Positions 8,638 to 18,000 are shown, counted from the first letter of the stretch. The stretch: 64,000 nucleotides of DNA from an uncultured Verrucomicrobiae bacterium (GCA_963813025.1 CAWEXO010000001.1:96001-160000), one strand, 5' to 3'. Numbers and translations are program-made. The notes: generated by a model from the sequence alone, not told the origin.

Positions 8638-11108
8638 TGAACAATTTCACTCCACGTGCTCAACAGGTTTTGGCGCTTGCACGGAAGGAAGCGGATCGGT
8701 TTAACCACAACTATGTGGGCACCGAACACCTTTTACTCGGACTGATCAAACTCGGCCAGGGTGTCGCGGTAAACGTCCTGCAAAAAATGGGACTCGATCT
8801 GGAAACCGTCCGCATGGAGGTGGAGAAGAAGGTCGGCTCCCATCCCGAGACGAAAATGGTGGGCAACATCCCGTATACTCCCCGGGTCAAGAAAGTGCTC
8901 GCCCTCGCCGGCAAAGAAGCTAAAGCGCTCAACCATTCCTACGTCGGCACTGAACATATTTTATTAGGGTTGCTCCGTGAAGGTGAAGGAGTAGCCGCTC
9001 GAGTCCTCAAAAGTCTCGAGGTCGATATCGAAAGAACCCGCAACGAAATTTTAAAAGAATTGGACCCGAATTTTACACCGCCGGAAAGCGAGGCAGAGAG
9101 CCCGCAGGAAGGCAATAAAAAAGATGTTAAAACGCCCGCGTTGCGGGCGTTTGGTCGCGATTTGACTGAACTCGCGAAGAAAGGCGAGCTGGACCCGGTA
9201 ATCGGTCGCAAGAACGAGATCGAACGGGTAATTCAGATTCTTTGCCGGCGGACGAAAAATAACCCAGTGCTGCTCGGTGAAGCCGGTGTTGGCAAGACTG
9301 CCATTGTGGAAGGACTGGCTCAGGAAATCGGGGCCGGCAATGTTCCGGAATTGCTGCGTGACAAGCGGGTGATCACGCTGGACCTGGCCCTCATGGTTGC
9401 CGGAACGAAGTACCGCGGCCAGTTCGAAGAGCGAATCAAAGCGGTCATGGACGAAATCCGCCGCTCCAAAAATGTGGTGCTCTTCATTGACGAGCTTCAC
9501 ACGATTGTCGGTGCCGGTTCGGCGGAAGGCGCCATGGATGCCTCGAACATTATCAAACCGGCTCTGAGCCGGGGTGAACTGCAGTGCGTCGGGGCAACCA
9601 CGCTGAACGAGTATCGCAAATACATCGAGAAGGACGCCGCCTTGGAACGGCGATTCCAGACCGTGAAAGTCGAAGCTCCTACCGTTGAGGAGGCGATCCA
9701 GATCCTGCACGGACTACGACCGAAGTACGAGGCCCACCACAAGGCCAAACTTACGGATGAATCACTCGACGCGGCCGTCCGCCTCTCGGACCGATACCTT
9801 ACCGGCCGTTTTTTGCCGGACAAAGCAATCGACGTCATGGACGAAGCAGGTGCCCGCGCCCGCATCAATGCCATGACTCGTCCGCCAGATGTCAAAGAGA
9901 TCGAAAAGGAGATCGAAGTAATCCGGGCCGACAAGGAAGCTGCCATCAAAGCGCAGGATTTTGAAAAAGCGGCCGCGCTGCGGGATTCCGAAAAACAGGC
10001 GAAGGACAGGCTGGAACGGATCCTGGCCGAGTGGAGAGAAAGGCGGGAGGAGCACGAGGTTGTAGTCACGGCGGACGACATCATGCATATCGTCTCAAAG
10101 TGGACAGGTGTCCCTTTGAACCGTCTGGAAGAGCAGGAGACTCAGAAACTCCTGAAAATGGAAGACGAATTGCGGACGCGAGTCATCGGCCAGGACGAGG
10201 CGGTTATCGCGATCAGTAAAGCGCTCCGGCGTTCCCGGGCAGATTTGAAGGATCCGCGGCGGCCGATTGGTTCCTTCATTTTCCTGGGACCTACCGGCGT
10301 GGGCAAGACATTCCTCGCGCGGACTCTCGCGGAGTTTATGTTCGGCGACGCGGATGCCTTGATCCAGATCGACATGTCCGAATACATGGAAAAATTCACG
10401 GCTTCTCGATTGATCGGTTCGCCTCCCGGCTATGTGGGTTATGAGGAAGGCGGCCAATTATCCGAGGCGGTTCGCCGCCGGCCCTATTCGGTTGTTCTGT
10501 TTGACGAAGTCGAAAAGGCGCATCCCGACGTCATGCATCTGCTGCTGCAGATCCTGGAGGAAGGTAAGATAACTGACAGTCTCGGCCGCAAGATCGACTT
10601 CCGGAACACGATCATCATCATGACTTCGAATGTCGGGGCCGAATTCATCAAACGCCAAAACGCGATGGGTTTTGGCGCGGCGTCGGGCCACGAATCTTAC
10701 GAGGCGATGCGCGACAAGATCTTGGACGAAGCCAAACGCGGTTTCAAACCTGAGTTCCTGAACCGCTTGGACGATATGATCGTGTTTCACACGCTGTCCC
10801 GGCAGGATTTGGTGCAGATCGTCGATCTGGAGGTGGCCAAAGTAACCCAGCGGGTTCGTGCAAAAGACATTCACCTGCAGCTCGAGTCGAGCGCAGTCGA
10901 ATTTCTGATCGATAAGGGTTACGACCCGACCTACGGCGCGCGACCGATGCGGCGAGCGGTCGAACGGTACCTGGAAGACCCTCTTGCCGAGGAGCTTCTG
11001 CGAGCGCGCATCAAAGCCGGGGATACCGTTGAGGTTTACGCCGCGGGCGAGCAACTCGCTTTCCGTCCGGCCCACGCTGAGCAGCCGCAAACGGCGGAGG
11101 CCTCCTGA
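8634..11108 (+). CDS. clpC: ATP-dependent Clp protease ATPase ClpC
   Basis: Two Clp-N repeats, two AAA+ modules ([16 protein letters not shown]) and a UVR-type M domain. Confidence 0.95.
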   Translation: MMNNFTPRAQQVLALARKEADRFNHNYVGTEHLLLGLIKLGQGVAVNVLQKMGLDLETVRMEVEKKVGSHPETKMVGNIPYTPRVKKVLALAGKEAKALNHSYVGTEHILLGLLREGEGVAARVLKSLEVDIERTRNEILKELDPNFTPPESEAESPQEGNKKDVKTPALRAFGRDLTELAKKGELDPVIGRKNEIERVIQILCRRTKNNPVLLGEAGVGKTAIVEGLAQEIGAGNVPELLRDKRVITLDLALMVAGTKYRGQFEERIKAVMDEIRRSKNVVLFIDELHTIVGAGSAEGAMDASNIIKPALSRGELQCVGATTLNEYRKYIEKDAALERRFQTVKVEAPTVEEAIQILHGLRPKYEAHHKAKLTDESLDAAVRLSDRYLTGRFLPDKAIDVMDEAGARARINAMTRPPDVKEIEKEIEVIRADKEAAIKAQDFEKAAALRDSEKQAKDRLERILAEWRERREEHEVVVTADDIMHIVSKWTGVPLNRLEEQETQKLLKMEDELRTRVIGQDEAVIAISKALRRSRADLKDPRRPIGSFIFLGPTGVGKTFLARTLAEFMFGDADALIQIDMSEYMEKFTASRLIGSPPGYVGYEEGGQLSEAVRRRPYSVVLFDEVEKAHPDVMHLLLQILEEGKITDSLGRKIDFRNTIIIMTSNVGAEFIKRQNAMGFGAASGHESYEAMRDKILDEAKRGFKPEFLNRLDDMIVFHTLSRQDLVQIVDLEVAKVTQRVRAKDIHLQLESSAVEFLIDKGYDPTYGARPMRRAVERYLEDPLAEELLRARIKAGDTVEVYAAGEQLAFRPAHAEQPQTAEAS

Positions 11109-11209
11109 GGGGCTTGTCAAAAAACTAAATCGCTTGGGAGTGGGCGCGACGTGGCACCCGGTCATGTGCCGGTAGGGCAGTATCTGAGCAGGTCTGGCAA
11201 GGGAAAAAG

Positions 11210-12484
11210 TTAAAGTTTTTCACCGATTGGTGAGTGGCGTTTTTTGAGGACTTGGAGGTAGCGCTCTTCGTCATAAGGGGTGGGGTCCTGCCAGAGCCGG
11301 AAGATGACGCGGATCCATTTAAAGGCCAAGGCGCGCACGGCAGTGTGGTGGGACTTACCGCGGGCCATTTGCTCTTGATAATAGAGCTTGGCCCATTGGG
11401 AATAAGGAATGGAATGAGCCGCGAATTCGTGGAAGCTCTGGCACAGGAATTTGGAGCGAAAGCGCCGCCGCTGGACGCTTTTGGTTTGGCCGCTGCGCAC
11501 TTGGACCGGAGCGATTCCGCTTTTTTTCTGTACCTCCAGGGCTTGGGCAAAAGCCTGCCGATTGGAGCCAAAAGCCACCAACAAGCGCGGGGCTAATTGC
11601 GGGCCGGCTCCGGGCAGACTTTCAAAAATGTGCCGATCGGGATGTTTGGCAAACAGAGTGTGGATGGCTTTGTCAAAAGCCTTGATGGAATCTCGCAGCG
11701 GCAACAATTGACTGACCAAACACTTGCAACTCAGCACGGAGGGCTCCAGCAGAGAACGATCCTCGGTGACGGTTTGGGCCCGAGCAATCTTTTCCAAGCG
11801 CTCCTCGATCAAGCTCTGGCTGCGGCTGTGGTGCTGATAAAAAAAAGAGCGCAGGGTCTGGGGCTTGGCTTTTTTTAAACTCTGCAGGGTCGGCCAGCGT
11901 TTCAAAAAATGCAGCGCCAGAGTGGTGCCCAAATCATCGAGGAGCTCGAGGGCCAGCGGATAGTAGACTTTGAGTAAGCTGGTGAGTTGGTTTTCGCACA
12001 CCACGGAGGCCTCGACGGCTTTGCGTCGGTGCTGACCGAGCAAATCCAGTTCCCGCACTACCGGCTCCGAGGGTTGATAAAGCCGGAGCCGATCCCGATG
12101 GTGATCAACGAGCTCTTCGATCAATTGGCTGTCGCGAGGGTCATCCTTGGCGCCACTAGTAAAGAAGACCTTGCGGTATTCGCTTAAACTCAAAGGATTG
12201 AGCGGATAGAGGTCGATCCAGTCTCCCTGGGTGCGGAGCATTTCAAAGAGTGCTCCCCGATTTTGTTCAAAACCAATGGCCACCCGCCCCTGCGGACCAG
12301 CCAAGCTTTTGAGCTCTTCGAGCCAGGTCCGAACCGAAACGGGATCGGCGCCCAGCTGGAATGTCCGGCATCCTCCCTCCGGACCAGAGCGTTGACAGAC
12401 AGCGTGTTCTTTATCAGCCCAATCGATTCCCACGCTGACCATATAATGGGGATCTGGGACCGGAAACGGATTTGATCGGTTCAT
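11210..12484 (-). CDS. IS110-family DEDD recombinase/transposase (424 aa, intact)
   Basis: GIDWA, GFEQ and AKDDPRDS (DEDD RuvC-like domain); SLPGAGPQLA and GIAPVQVRSG (Tnp domain with the Ser motif); AAGGAG SD. Confidence 0.95.
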   Translation of the reverse strand: MNRSNPFPVPDPHYMVSVGIDWADKEHAVCQRSGPEGGCRTFQLGADPVSVRTWLEELKSLAGPQGRVAIGFEQNRGALFEMLRTQGDWIDLYPLNPLSLSEYRKVFFTSGAKDDPRDSQLIEELVDHHRDRLRLYQPSEPVVRELDLLGQHRRKAVEASVVCENQLTSLLKVYYPLALELLDDLGTTLALHFLKRWPTLQSLKKAKPQTLRSFFYQHHSRSQSLIEERLEKIARAQTVTEDRSLLEPSVLSCKCLVSQLLPLRDSIKAFDKAIHTLFAKHPDRHIFESLPGAGPQLAPRLLVAFGSNRQAFAQALEVQKKSGIAPVQVRSGQTKSVQRRRFRSKFLCQSFHEFAAHSIPYSQWAKLYYQEQMARGKSHHTAVRALAFKWIRVIFRLWQDPTPYDEERYLQVLKKRHSPIGEKL

Positions 12485-12519
12485 GCTTGCTCCTTTTTTC
12501 TGGTTTTACCCAGCGCGAA

Positions 12520-12855
12520 AAAAGCCGCTTGGCTTTGGCCGTCCGAAATCCGTATAGTTAAGTCGTCGAAGTGTGAAGTGCTCGACCTCAACTAGAGTAT
12601 TCGTTGTGACGAATCAAAGCGCGACCGGCTGGCTCGAAACTCTGCCCTAAAGATCTCGCGGACCCGAAAATCCTATTCGTAGCCAGCCGGCGCGTCCTTC
12701 TTCGCGTGGGCAGCGCGGGATTTTGCCCGACTGCCCTTGGCAAAGAAAACCCTTTCTTTTTTCCAAAGCTTTCTTTTCTCCGGGCGGAGTTATTCACAAG
12801 CTGGAGCTCCGACCGGTAGGGCCTCCGACCACAGCTTGCTGAATAACTCCGGACT
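12520..12855 (-). ncRNA. Putative IS110 bridge RNA (target-binding and donor-binding loops, plus 5' hairpins)
   Basis: The stem 12625-12634/12681-12690 encloses guides ATTTTCG and TAGGGC that match the target. The stem 12534-12543/12608-12618 encloses ATACT and CTATAC that match the circle junction. RNA ends are inferred. Confidence 0.8.
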
Positions 12856-12863
12856 TGCTATAC

Positions 12864-12980
12864 GAAAATTCATTCGAGCGCCAGGCGAGAACTTGTTTGA
12901 GCCGGGCGTTGGATGTGGCAGCTCAAGCGTCCGGCTCGAACGAGTCTTCGCCGAAGGCTCAGATGAATTCTCGCTACCGA
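12864..12980 (+). repeat. Right part of the REPIN interrupted by IS110
   Basis: GGCGAGAACTTGTTTGAGCCGG...CCGGCTCGAACGAGTCTTCGCC...GAATTCTCGCTACCG, homologous to 43129-43235 and 48443-48568. Confidence 0.85.
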
Positions 12981-13074
12981 TTTTAGATTATTGCGGAGAC
13001 TGCCTCTTCCTCCGGCTTTCGTTGCTCCAGACCTTTTCCTTGCGCTCGGCCTGTTCGCGACGCGAGAATTTGCC

Positions 13075-13920
13075 ATGCTCTGGCAGGCACGCGGCCATCG
13101 TCTCGAATTGGGTCGGCAGGCCCAAATCATGGGTGTGCTGAATGTCACCCCGGATTCCTTCTCTGACGGTGGTCTTTACCTGGACCTCGACCGGGCTCTG
13201 ACCCACGCCCAAACGATGGCCGGCGCGGGGGCAGCCATTATCGACGTCGGAGGCGAATCCTCGCGTCCCGGCTCGGATCCGGTACCCCTCGAAGAGGAGG
13301 TTCGGCGAGTAGTCCCGGTGATTTCGGCCCTGCGGGAGCGATTGCCGGAAATCTTGATTTCTGTGGATACCTATAAGTCCGAGACCGCCCGTCAGGCGCT
13401 CGCGGCCGGAGCGGATATCGTGAATGACATTTCCGCCGCACGAGATCCAGAGATGCTCGCGGTCGTTCGGGAGTTCGGCGCCGGCATTATTCTGATGCAC
13501 ATGCAGGGAGTTCCGAAGACGATGCAGCTTTGTCCTGCTTACCGAAATGCGATCGACGAAGTCGTCGAATTCCTCGAGAGACGCCGAGATTCTCTGGTGG
13601 CGCAGGGCATCGCTCGAGAGCAGATTGGGCTTGACCCCGGATTTGGTTTCGGCAAACGGCTGCAGGACAATATTGTGCTGGCGGGTAACTTGAAGGAGTT
13701 GGCCAAGCTGGGTCAACCAGTCGTGGTTGGCCTTTCCAGAAAATCCAGCTTGGCCCAACTCCTCGGCGATCCGAAGTTGAACTACAGTGGACGGTTCTGG
13801 GCGACGATCGCTTTTACAAGCTACCTGCGCGAACAAGGCGCTCAGGTTGTGCGCGTGCATGATGTCCGGCCTAACGTAGAAGCAATTCGGATGACTGAGG
13901 CGATTCTGAACGATGAATGA
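13075..13920 (+). CDS. folP: Dihydropteroate synthase
   Basis: MGVLNVTPDSFSDGG, DVGGESSRPG, DPGFGFGK, SRKS, RVHDV; ATG chosen at 13075. Confidence 0.95.
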   Translation: MLWQARGHRLELGRQAQIMGVLNVTPDSFSDGGLYLDLDRALTHAQTMAGAGAAIIDVGGESSRPGSDPVPLEEEVRRVVPVISALRERLPEILISVDTYKSETARQALAAGADIVNDISAARDPEMLAVVREFGAGIILMHMQGVPKTMQLCPAYRNAIDEVVEFLERRRDSLVAQGIAREQIGLDPGFGFGKRLQDNIVLAGNLKELAKLGQPVVVGLSRKSSLAQLLGDPKLNYSGRFWATIAFTSYLREQGAQVVRVHDVRPNVEAIRMTEAILNDE

Positions 13921-14731
13921 CTTTTTGTTCCAGTTCCTGAAAAATTACTGGAACGCCGGCATCGAGATCTTGCTGCTGGCCGTGGCTATCTATTACGGGT
14001 ATCTGTTTTTCCGGGGAACTCGCGGGGCCAAAGTGCTCACCGGATTGGCGATTCTTTTCATCCTGCTGACCCTCGTTTCTCAGCTCTTGAATCTCACGGT
14101 GATCGGCTGGCTCTTGCGGAGCCTGACCGCTTTTCTCGCGATCGCCCTAGTGGTTATCTTCCAGCCCGAACTTCGACGAGCTTTAGCCGAGCTCGGCAGC
14201 AGCCGGATCTTCGCCTCTCCGTCGCAGGAAAAGGAGACGATCGACCTCATCACCGAAACTGTTTTTGAGCTGGCCAGTCGCCAAATTGGAGCGCTTATCG
14301 CTATCGAGAAGGACACGGCCATTCGCAATTTTGCGGAAAGCGGAGTTAACCTGGACTGCGAAATCTCACCCGAGCTGTTACTGACCATCTTTTTTCCGAA
14401 GACTCCTCTTCACGACGGTGGAGTTATCATCCGTAACGATCGCATCAGTGCGGCCGCCTGCATTTTTCCGGTAAGCCAGCGCGAGGATCTGGATCGCACG
14501 CTCGGTCTCCGCCACCGGGCCGGCTTGGGAATCACTGAGGAATCCGACGCCGTCGCTATCGTAGTTTCGGAAGAAACCGGGAGTATTTCCATTTGCTCTC
14601 GCGGCAAGATCGAGCGCGGCTTTCACCCCGCTCAGTTCCAGAAGCGGCTTTCCGAGCTTCTCTTGCTCGATCACGCTCCATCGGAGGCCGAGGAGAGCGA
14701 CGAACTCCAACGCGAGCAAACAATCCCCTGA
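13913..14731 (+). CDS. cdaA: Diadenylate cyclase CdaA (3 TM plus DAC domain)
   Basis: Three N-terminal TM helices, FQPELRRAL, LHDGG (DGA motif) and GLRHRA (RHR motif). Confidence 0.92.
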   Translation: MNDFLFQFLKNYWNAGIEILLLAVAIYYGYLFFRGTRGAKVLTGLAILFILLTLVSQLLNLTVIGWLLRSLTAFLAIALVVIFQPELRRALAELGSSRIFASPSQEKETIDLITETVFELASRQIGALIAIEKDTAIRNFAESGVNLDCEISPELLLTIFFPKTPLHDGGVIIRNDRISAAACIFPVSQREDLDRTLGLRHRAGLGITEESDAVAIVVSEETGSISICSRGKIERGFHPAQFQKRLSELLLLDHAPSEAEESDELQREQTIP

Positions 14732-14886
14732 TGAATTTGAAACGAATCTTTCTGCATAACTGGCGCGCGAAGCTGATGTCCCTGGTGGTGGCATTCGCGG
14801 TTTGGTATCTCATCAAAAAAAATGTCGAATCAGCCCAGGAACAGTGGCGTTACGGTCGGCCGGTATCGGCCTTTGATCTTCGCTAG
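14731..14886 (+). CDS. Minimal CdaR/YbbR-like membrane peptide (51 aa)
   Basis: ATG overlaps the cdaA stop. HNWRAKLMSLVVAFAVWYLI resembles the CdaR N-terminal anchor, and it occupies the cdaR slot between cdaA and glmM. Confidence 0.65.
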   Translation: MNLKRIFLHNWRAKLMSLVVAFAVWYLIKKNVESAQEQWRYGRPVSAFDLR

Positions 14887-14910
14887 CGAGGATCGATGAC
14901 CTGGCCGCGG

Positions 14911-15080
14911 CCGGCCATCGGCCATCAGTGTCAGTGTCAGTGCCAGTGCCAGTGCTAGTGCCAGTGCTAGTGCCAGTGCTAGTGCCAGTGCTAGTGTCAG
15001 TGCCAGTGCCAGTGTCAGTGCCAGTGCCAGCGCTGCCGGTTGTCATCGGTCATCGGCTATCGGCTATTGGTTATTAGCCA
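14911..15080. repeat. Hexamer tandem array (AGTGCC/AGTGCT/AGTGTC) flanked by ATCGGYY heptamers
   Basis: Read directly; about 17 hexamer units at 14926-15030. Confidence 0.9.
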
Positions 15081-15138
15081 CTGTCCACTCGAACCTCAGA
15101 CGTTGAAGGTTGCCGGTGGACACGCTAGCCTCAGAGCC

Positions 15139-16494
15139 GTGTTAACTCGGCTTTTTGGTACTGATGGGATTCGCGGTTTGGCAAACGAGGAGCCGATTAC
15201 CCCGGCTTCCATCATTCGCCTGATGGAAAGCGCGACCCGCGTGCTGGCTCCCGGTGTCGCGCGGCCGGTCGCAATTATTGGCCGGGATACCCGCGCCTCT
15301 GGTGAACTCATGGAAGCCGCTGCCGCCACCGGCTTGGCTGGTTGCGGAGTCGACGTGTTGTTGGCCGGTGTCGTACCTACTCCCGCTGTCGCCTATCTTA
15401 CCGCTTCGTATCCGGCCTCATTCGGCGTCGTGATTTCGGCCTCTCATAATCCGTTCGAAGACAACGGGATCAAATTTTTTCGATCAACGGGTTACAAGCT
15501 GAGCGATGCGGAGGAAAGCAAGATCGAAGAGTACTTTTCGCAATCGAGCGATCAGCCGCAGCGACCTACTGGCCGCCAAATCGGCCGAATCACGGAATTG
15601 GTCAATGCCATCGACCGCTACGTTTCCTTCGCTCTGTCGACCTTCCCGAAAAACGTTTCTCTGCAGGGTCTCCGCCTCGCCTTGGATTTGGCCAATGGCG
15701 CGGCGCACCAATCGACTCCTCGGGTTTTGGAGCTTCTCGGCGCGAAACTCGAGGTCGGCTACGCTGATCCGGACGGCTACAATATCAACAAGGATTGCGG
15801 CTCAACGCATCCGGGTGCCTTGATCTCTCTCGTACGTCAGACCGGAGCAGATCTTGGTATCGCCCATGATGGCGACGCTGACCGCATTCTGTTCTGTGAT
15901 GAAAGCGGCAGCCCTTTGGACGGGGACGAGATCTTGGCCATCGCCGGCGCGGATCTCCTGAGGCGCCATGAACTGCGAGCCAACACCATCGTGGCGACCG
16001 TGATGAGCAACTATGGCCTCGACGAGATGATAAAAAAATTAGGCGGCCGCGTCGAGCGAACCAAGGTGGGCGACCACTGCGTGATGGACGCACTCCTGAA
16101 TGGCGATCTGAATTTTGGCGGTGAACAAAGCGGCCACATTATCTTTCGTGACCTGACGACAACCGGCGACGGTTTGATCACCGCCTTGCAGATGCTCTCC
16201 GTGCTGGTCTCCACTGGAAAAACGTTAGGCCAATTGCGCCGCGTCATGGAAAAATATCCGCAGGTGCAGCGCAACATTGCCGTTCGCGAAAAGATTCCAT
16301 TCGGTAAATTCCGACTGATCACCGACCAGCTCGCAATTGCTGAAAAGGAGTTAGCCGGAAAAGGTCGAGTCCTGCTCCGCTATTCCGGGACGGAACCGAA
16401 AGCACGCCTGCTGTTGGAAGGCCCGGACCGGCTCCTGCTTGAACAATTGGCTGATTCAATCGGACAGGCCGTAGAGAACACCCTGGGAGCGTGA
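15139..16494 (+). CDS. glmM: Phosphoglucosamine mutase
   Basis: LFGTDGIRG, SASHNP, HDGDADR, GGEQSGH, RYSGTEP; GTG start at 15139. Confidence 0.95.
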   Translation: MLTRLFGTDGIRGLANEEPITPASIIRLMESATRVLAPGVARPVAIIGRDTRASGELMEAAAATGLAGCGVDVLLAGVVPTPAVAYLTASYPASFGVVISASHNPFEDNGIKFFRSTGYKLSDAEESKIEEYFSQSSDQPQRPTGRQIGRITELVNAIDRYVSFALSTFPKNVSLQGLRLALDLANGAAHQSTPRVLELLGAKLEVGYADPDGYNINKDCGSTHPGALISLVRQTGADLGIAHDGDADRILFCDESGSPLDGDEILAIAGADLLRRHELRANTIVATVMSNYGLDEMIKKLGGRVERTKVGDHCVMDALLNGDLNFGGEQSGHIIFRDLTTTGDGLITALQMLSVLVSTGKTLGQLRRVMEKYPQVQRNIAVREKIPFGKFRLITDQLAIAEKELAGKGRVLLRYSGTEPKARLLLEGPDRLLLEQLADSIGQAVENTLGA

Positions 16495-17144
16495 ATTACC
16501 TGGTTACCGGCACTGATACCGACGTTGGCAAGACTTATATCGCCTCGCGTCTGATCCGGGCCTTGCGTGCCCAGGGACGCGATTGCATCGGAATGAAACC
16601 CTGGTGCTGCGGCAGCCTCGATGACGTTACCGAGCTGCAGGCGGCCAGCGACTTCGGTGAGCCGGAGAATGCGATCAATCCGGTTTTCTTTCGGACACCC
16701 GCCGCACCCTACGCTGCGTCGATGATCGAAGGCCGGATCATCGATCTGGCACAGGTTGAAGACGTTTTCCGCCCATTGACTGCTCGTCATGATGACGTGC
16801 TGGTCGAGGGTGCTGGCGGACTTCTCGTCCCGATTCTTCGCGACTTCGATTACCGGGATCTGGCTGTCGCGTGGGATCTCGCAGTTGTCGTGGTAGCGCC
16901 GAACCGCCTGGGCACGCTCAATCATACTCGTTTGACCATTGAAGCGCTGCGTGCCCGCAAGGTGCGGTGCTGCGGGGTTGTCCTGAACAGCCTGGAAGCG
17001 AGCGACGCTCCCGACCGCGTCACAAATCGTTCCGTGCTGGAATTGCTGGTCGACGTTCCCGTCTTCCCGGTTGAATTCCGTCAGACCGACTTGCGCGGGT
17101 GTGCGGAAAACCTGGGCATGTTCCGCCCGGGAGCTGGAATTTAG
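16491..17144 (+). CDS. bioD: Dethiobiotin synthase
   Basis: VTGTDTDVGKT, MKP, VEGAGG, LGTLNHT. Confidence 0.93.
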   Translation: MNYLVTGTDTDVGKTYIASRLIRALRAQGRDCIGMKPWCCGSLDDVTELQAASDFGEPENAINPVFFRTPAAPYAASMIEGRIIDLAQVEDVFRPLTARHDDVLVEGAGGLLVPILRDFDYRDLAVAWDLAVVVVAPNRLGTLNHTRLTIEALRARKVRCCGVVLNSLEASDAPDRVTNRSVLELLVDVPVFPVEFRQTDLRGCAENLGMFRPGAGI

Positions 17145-17247
17145 GATCCAGAATATAGAGTCGGGCGCACAGGGTATCTGTTCCTTCGAGATCCAAGCTT
17201 CCAAAATTCTAACTCCTGGCTCCTGCCTCGAGGGAACTCCCCCCTCT

Positions 17248-17604
17248 TCAGGGCCGCTCTCGTGTCGTTGAAGCGCTGACATAAGCCGTGTCCGCCAGAA
17301 CAAACTTCCTGGCTTCGACTTGAAGTTCGCGGAAATGGAATCGCTCCAGCAACGCATCTGCCAGCCGCGACACGAAAGTCTCCAGAAGGCGCGTCTCAGC
17401 CCGCTCAGCAAAACGAGCACATTCCTGGGCGACCTCGCCATAGTCAATCGTCCGATCGATCTGGTCCTCCAGCTCGGAAAACCTTGAAGCTAACCGGTAG
17501 CGTATCGTGATGGAGAGTTGCTGCTCTGCGCTCCTCTCTGCCGCCGGCACTCCAATCCGGCTCCGTACGTTGAGTTCGCGGATCTCGATCCAATCAGCCT
17601 GCAT
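17248..17604 (-). CDS. folB: Dihydroneopterin aldolase
   Basis: IGVPAAER..EQ, TIDY, LLET and K motifs. Confidence 0.85.
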   Translation of the reverse strand: MQADWIEIRELNVRSRIGVPAAERSAEQQLSITIRYRLASRFSELEDQIDRTIDYGEVAQECARFAERAETRLLETFVSRLADALLERFHFRELQVEARKFVLADTAYVSASTTRERP

Positions 17605-17640
17605 CGCTCGCAAATCGCTGAGATTTGCGAGCGATGCGGG

Positions 17641-18000
17641 CTACCCTAACCGAAAACGGATATCTTTGATTATACCACCACCGAAACGCTGTTTAAGCTT
17701 CCGCAAAACCAGCGGTTTCCATTTCCGGTCCAGTTCGTAAAGAATCGTAGGCTGCACGACGTGCACAACCAAAGTTCCTTCCCAGAGTTTTGCCGGATGC
17801 GAATGTCGGGCGAAAAACTCGCCGACGACTGCGCTCCACGCCGCCAGTACTTCCTGTTCCTTTAAGCGGCTGGCCAAGCCCAGCTTTGGTGCCAGCAATT
17901 TCAGCACTTCGCCTACCGAAACGGTGCGATCGGCCTTCTCTTCCCCTTGGGGTAAACCGCGCCACTCTTCCAGAACATAACCCCGCAGAGAGCGCTTCAT
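17641..18000 (-). CDS. DciA / DUF721 family protein
   Basis: W..VVGE..ARHSHP..L..GTLVV, C-terminal IKDIRF; fitting size. Confidence 0.75.
   Translation of the reverse strand: MKRSLRGYVLEEWRGLPQGEEKADRTVSVGEVLKLLAPKLGLASRLKEQEVLAAWSAVVGEFFARHSHPAKLWEGTLVVHVVQPTILYELDRKWKPLVLRKLKQRFGGGIIKDIRFRLG

Larger units (their letters stand above)
11179..12863 (-). mobile_element. IS110-family element inserted into a GTAG REP
   Basis: Removing 11179-12863 rejoins CCGGTAGGGC|GAAAATTCATTCGAGCGCCAGGCGAGAACTTGTTTGAGC, matching intact REPINs at about 48443 and 58797. There is no TSD or TIR. One C is ambiguous (11178 or 12863). Confidence 0.9.

Noticed and set aside
12588..12797. 69-aa ORF within the IS110 left end as an accessory protein
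   Set aside because: It has no recognisable motif or SD, and the region is better explained as structured RNA.
14813..15046. Gly/Thr/Ser repeat ORF, and repeat-derived N-terminal extensions of glmM, larE and GNAT
   Set aside because: These are hexamer/heptamer array translations; family similarity starts downstream.
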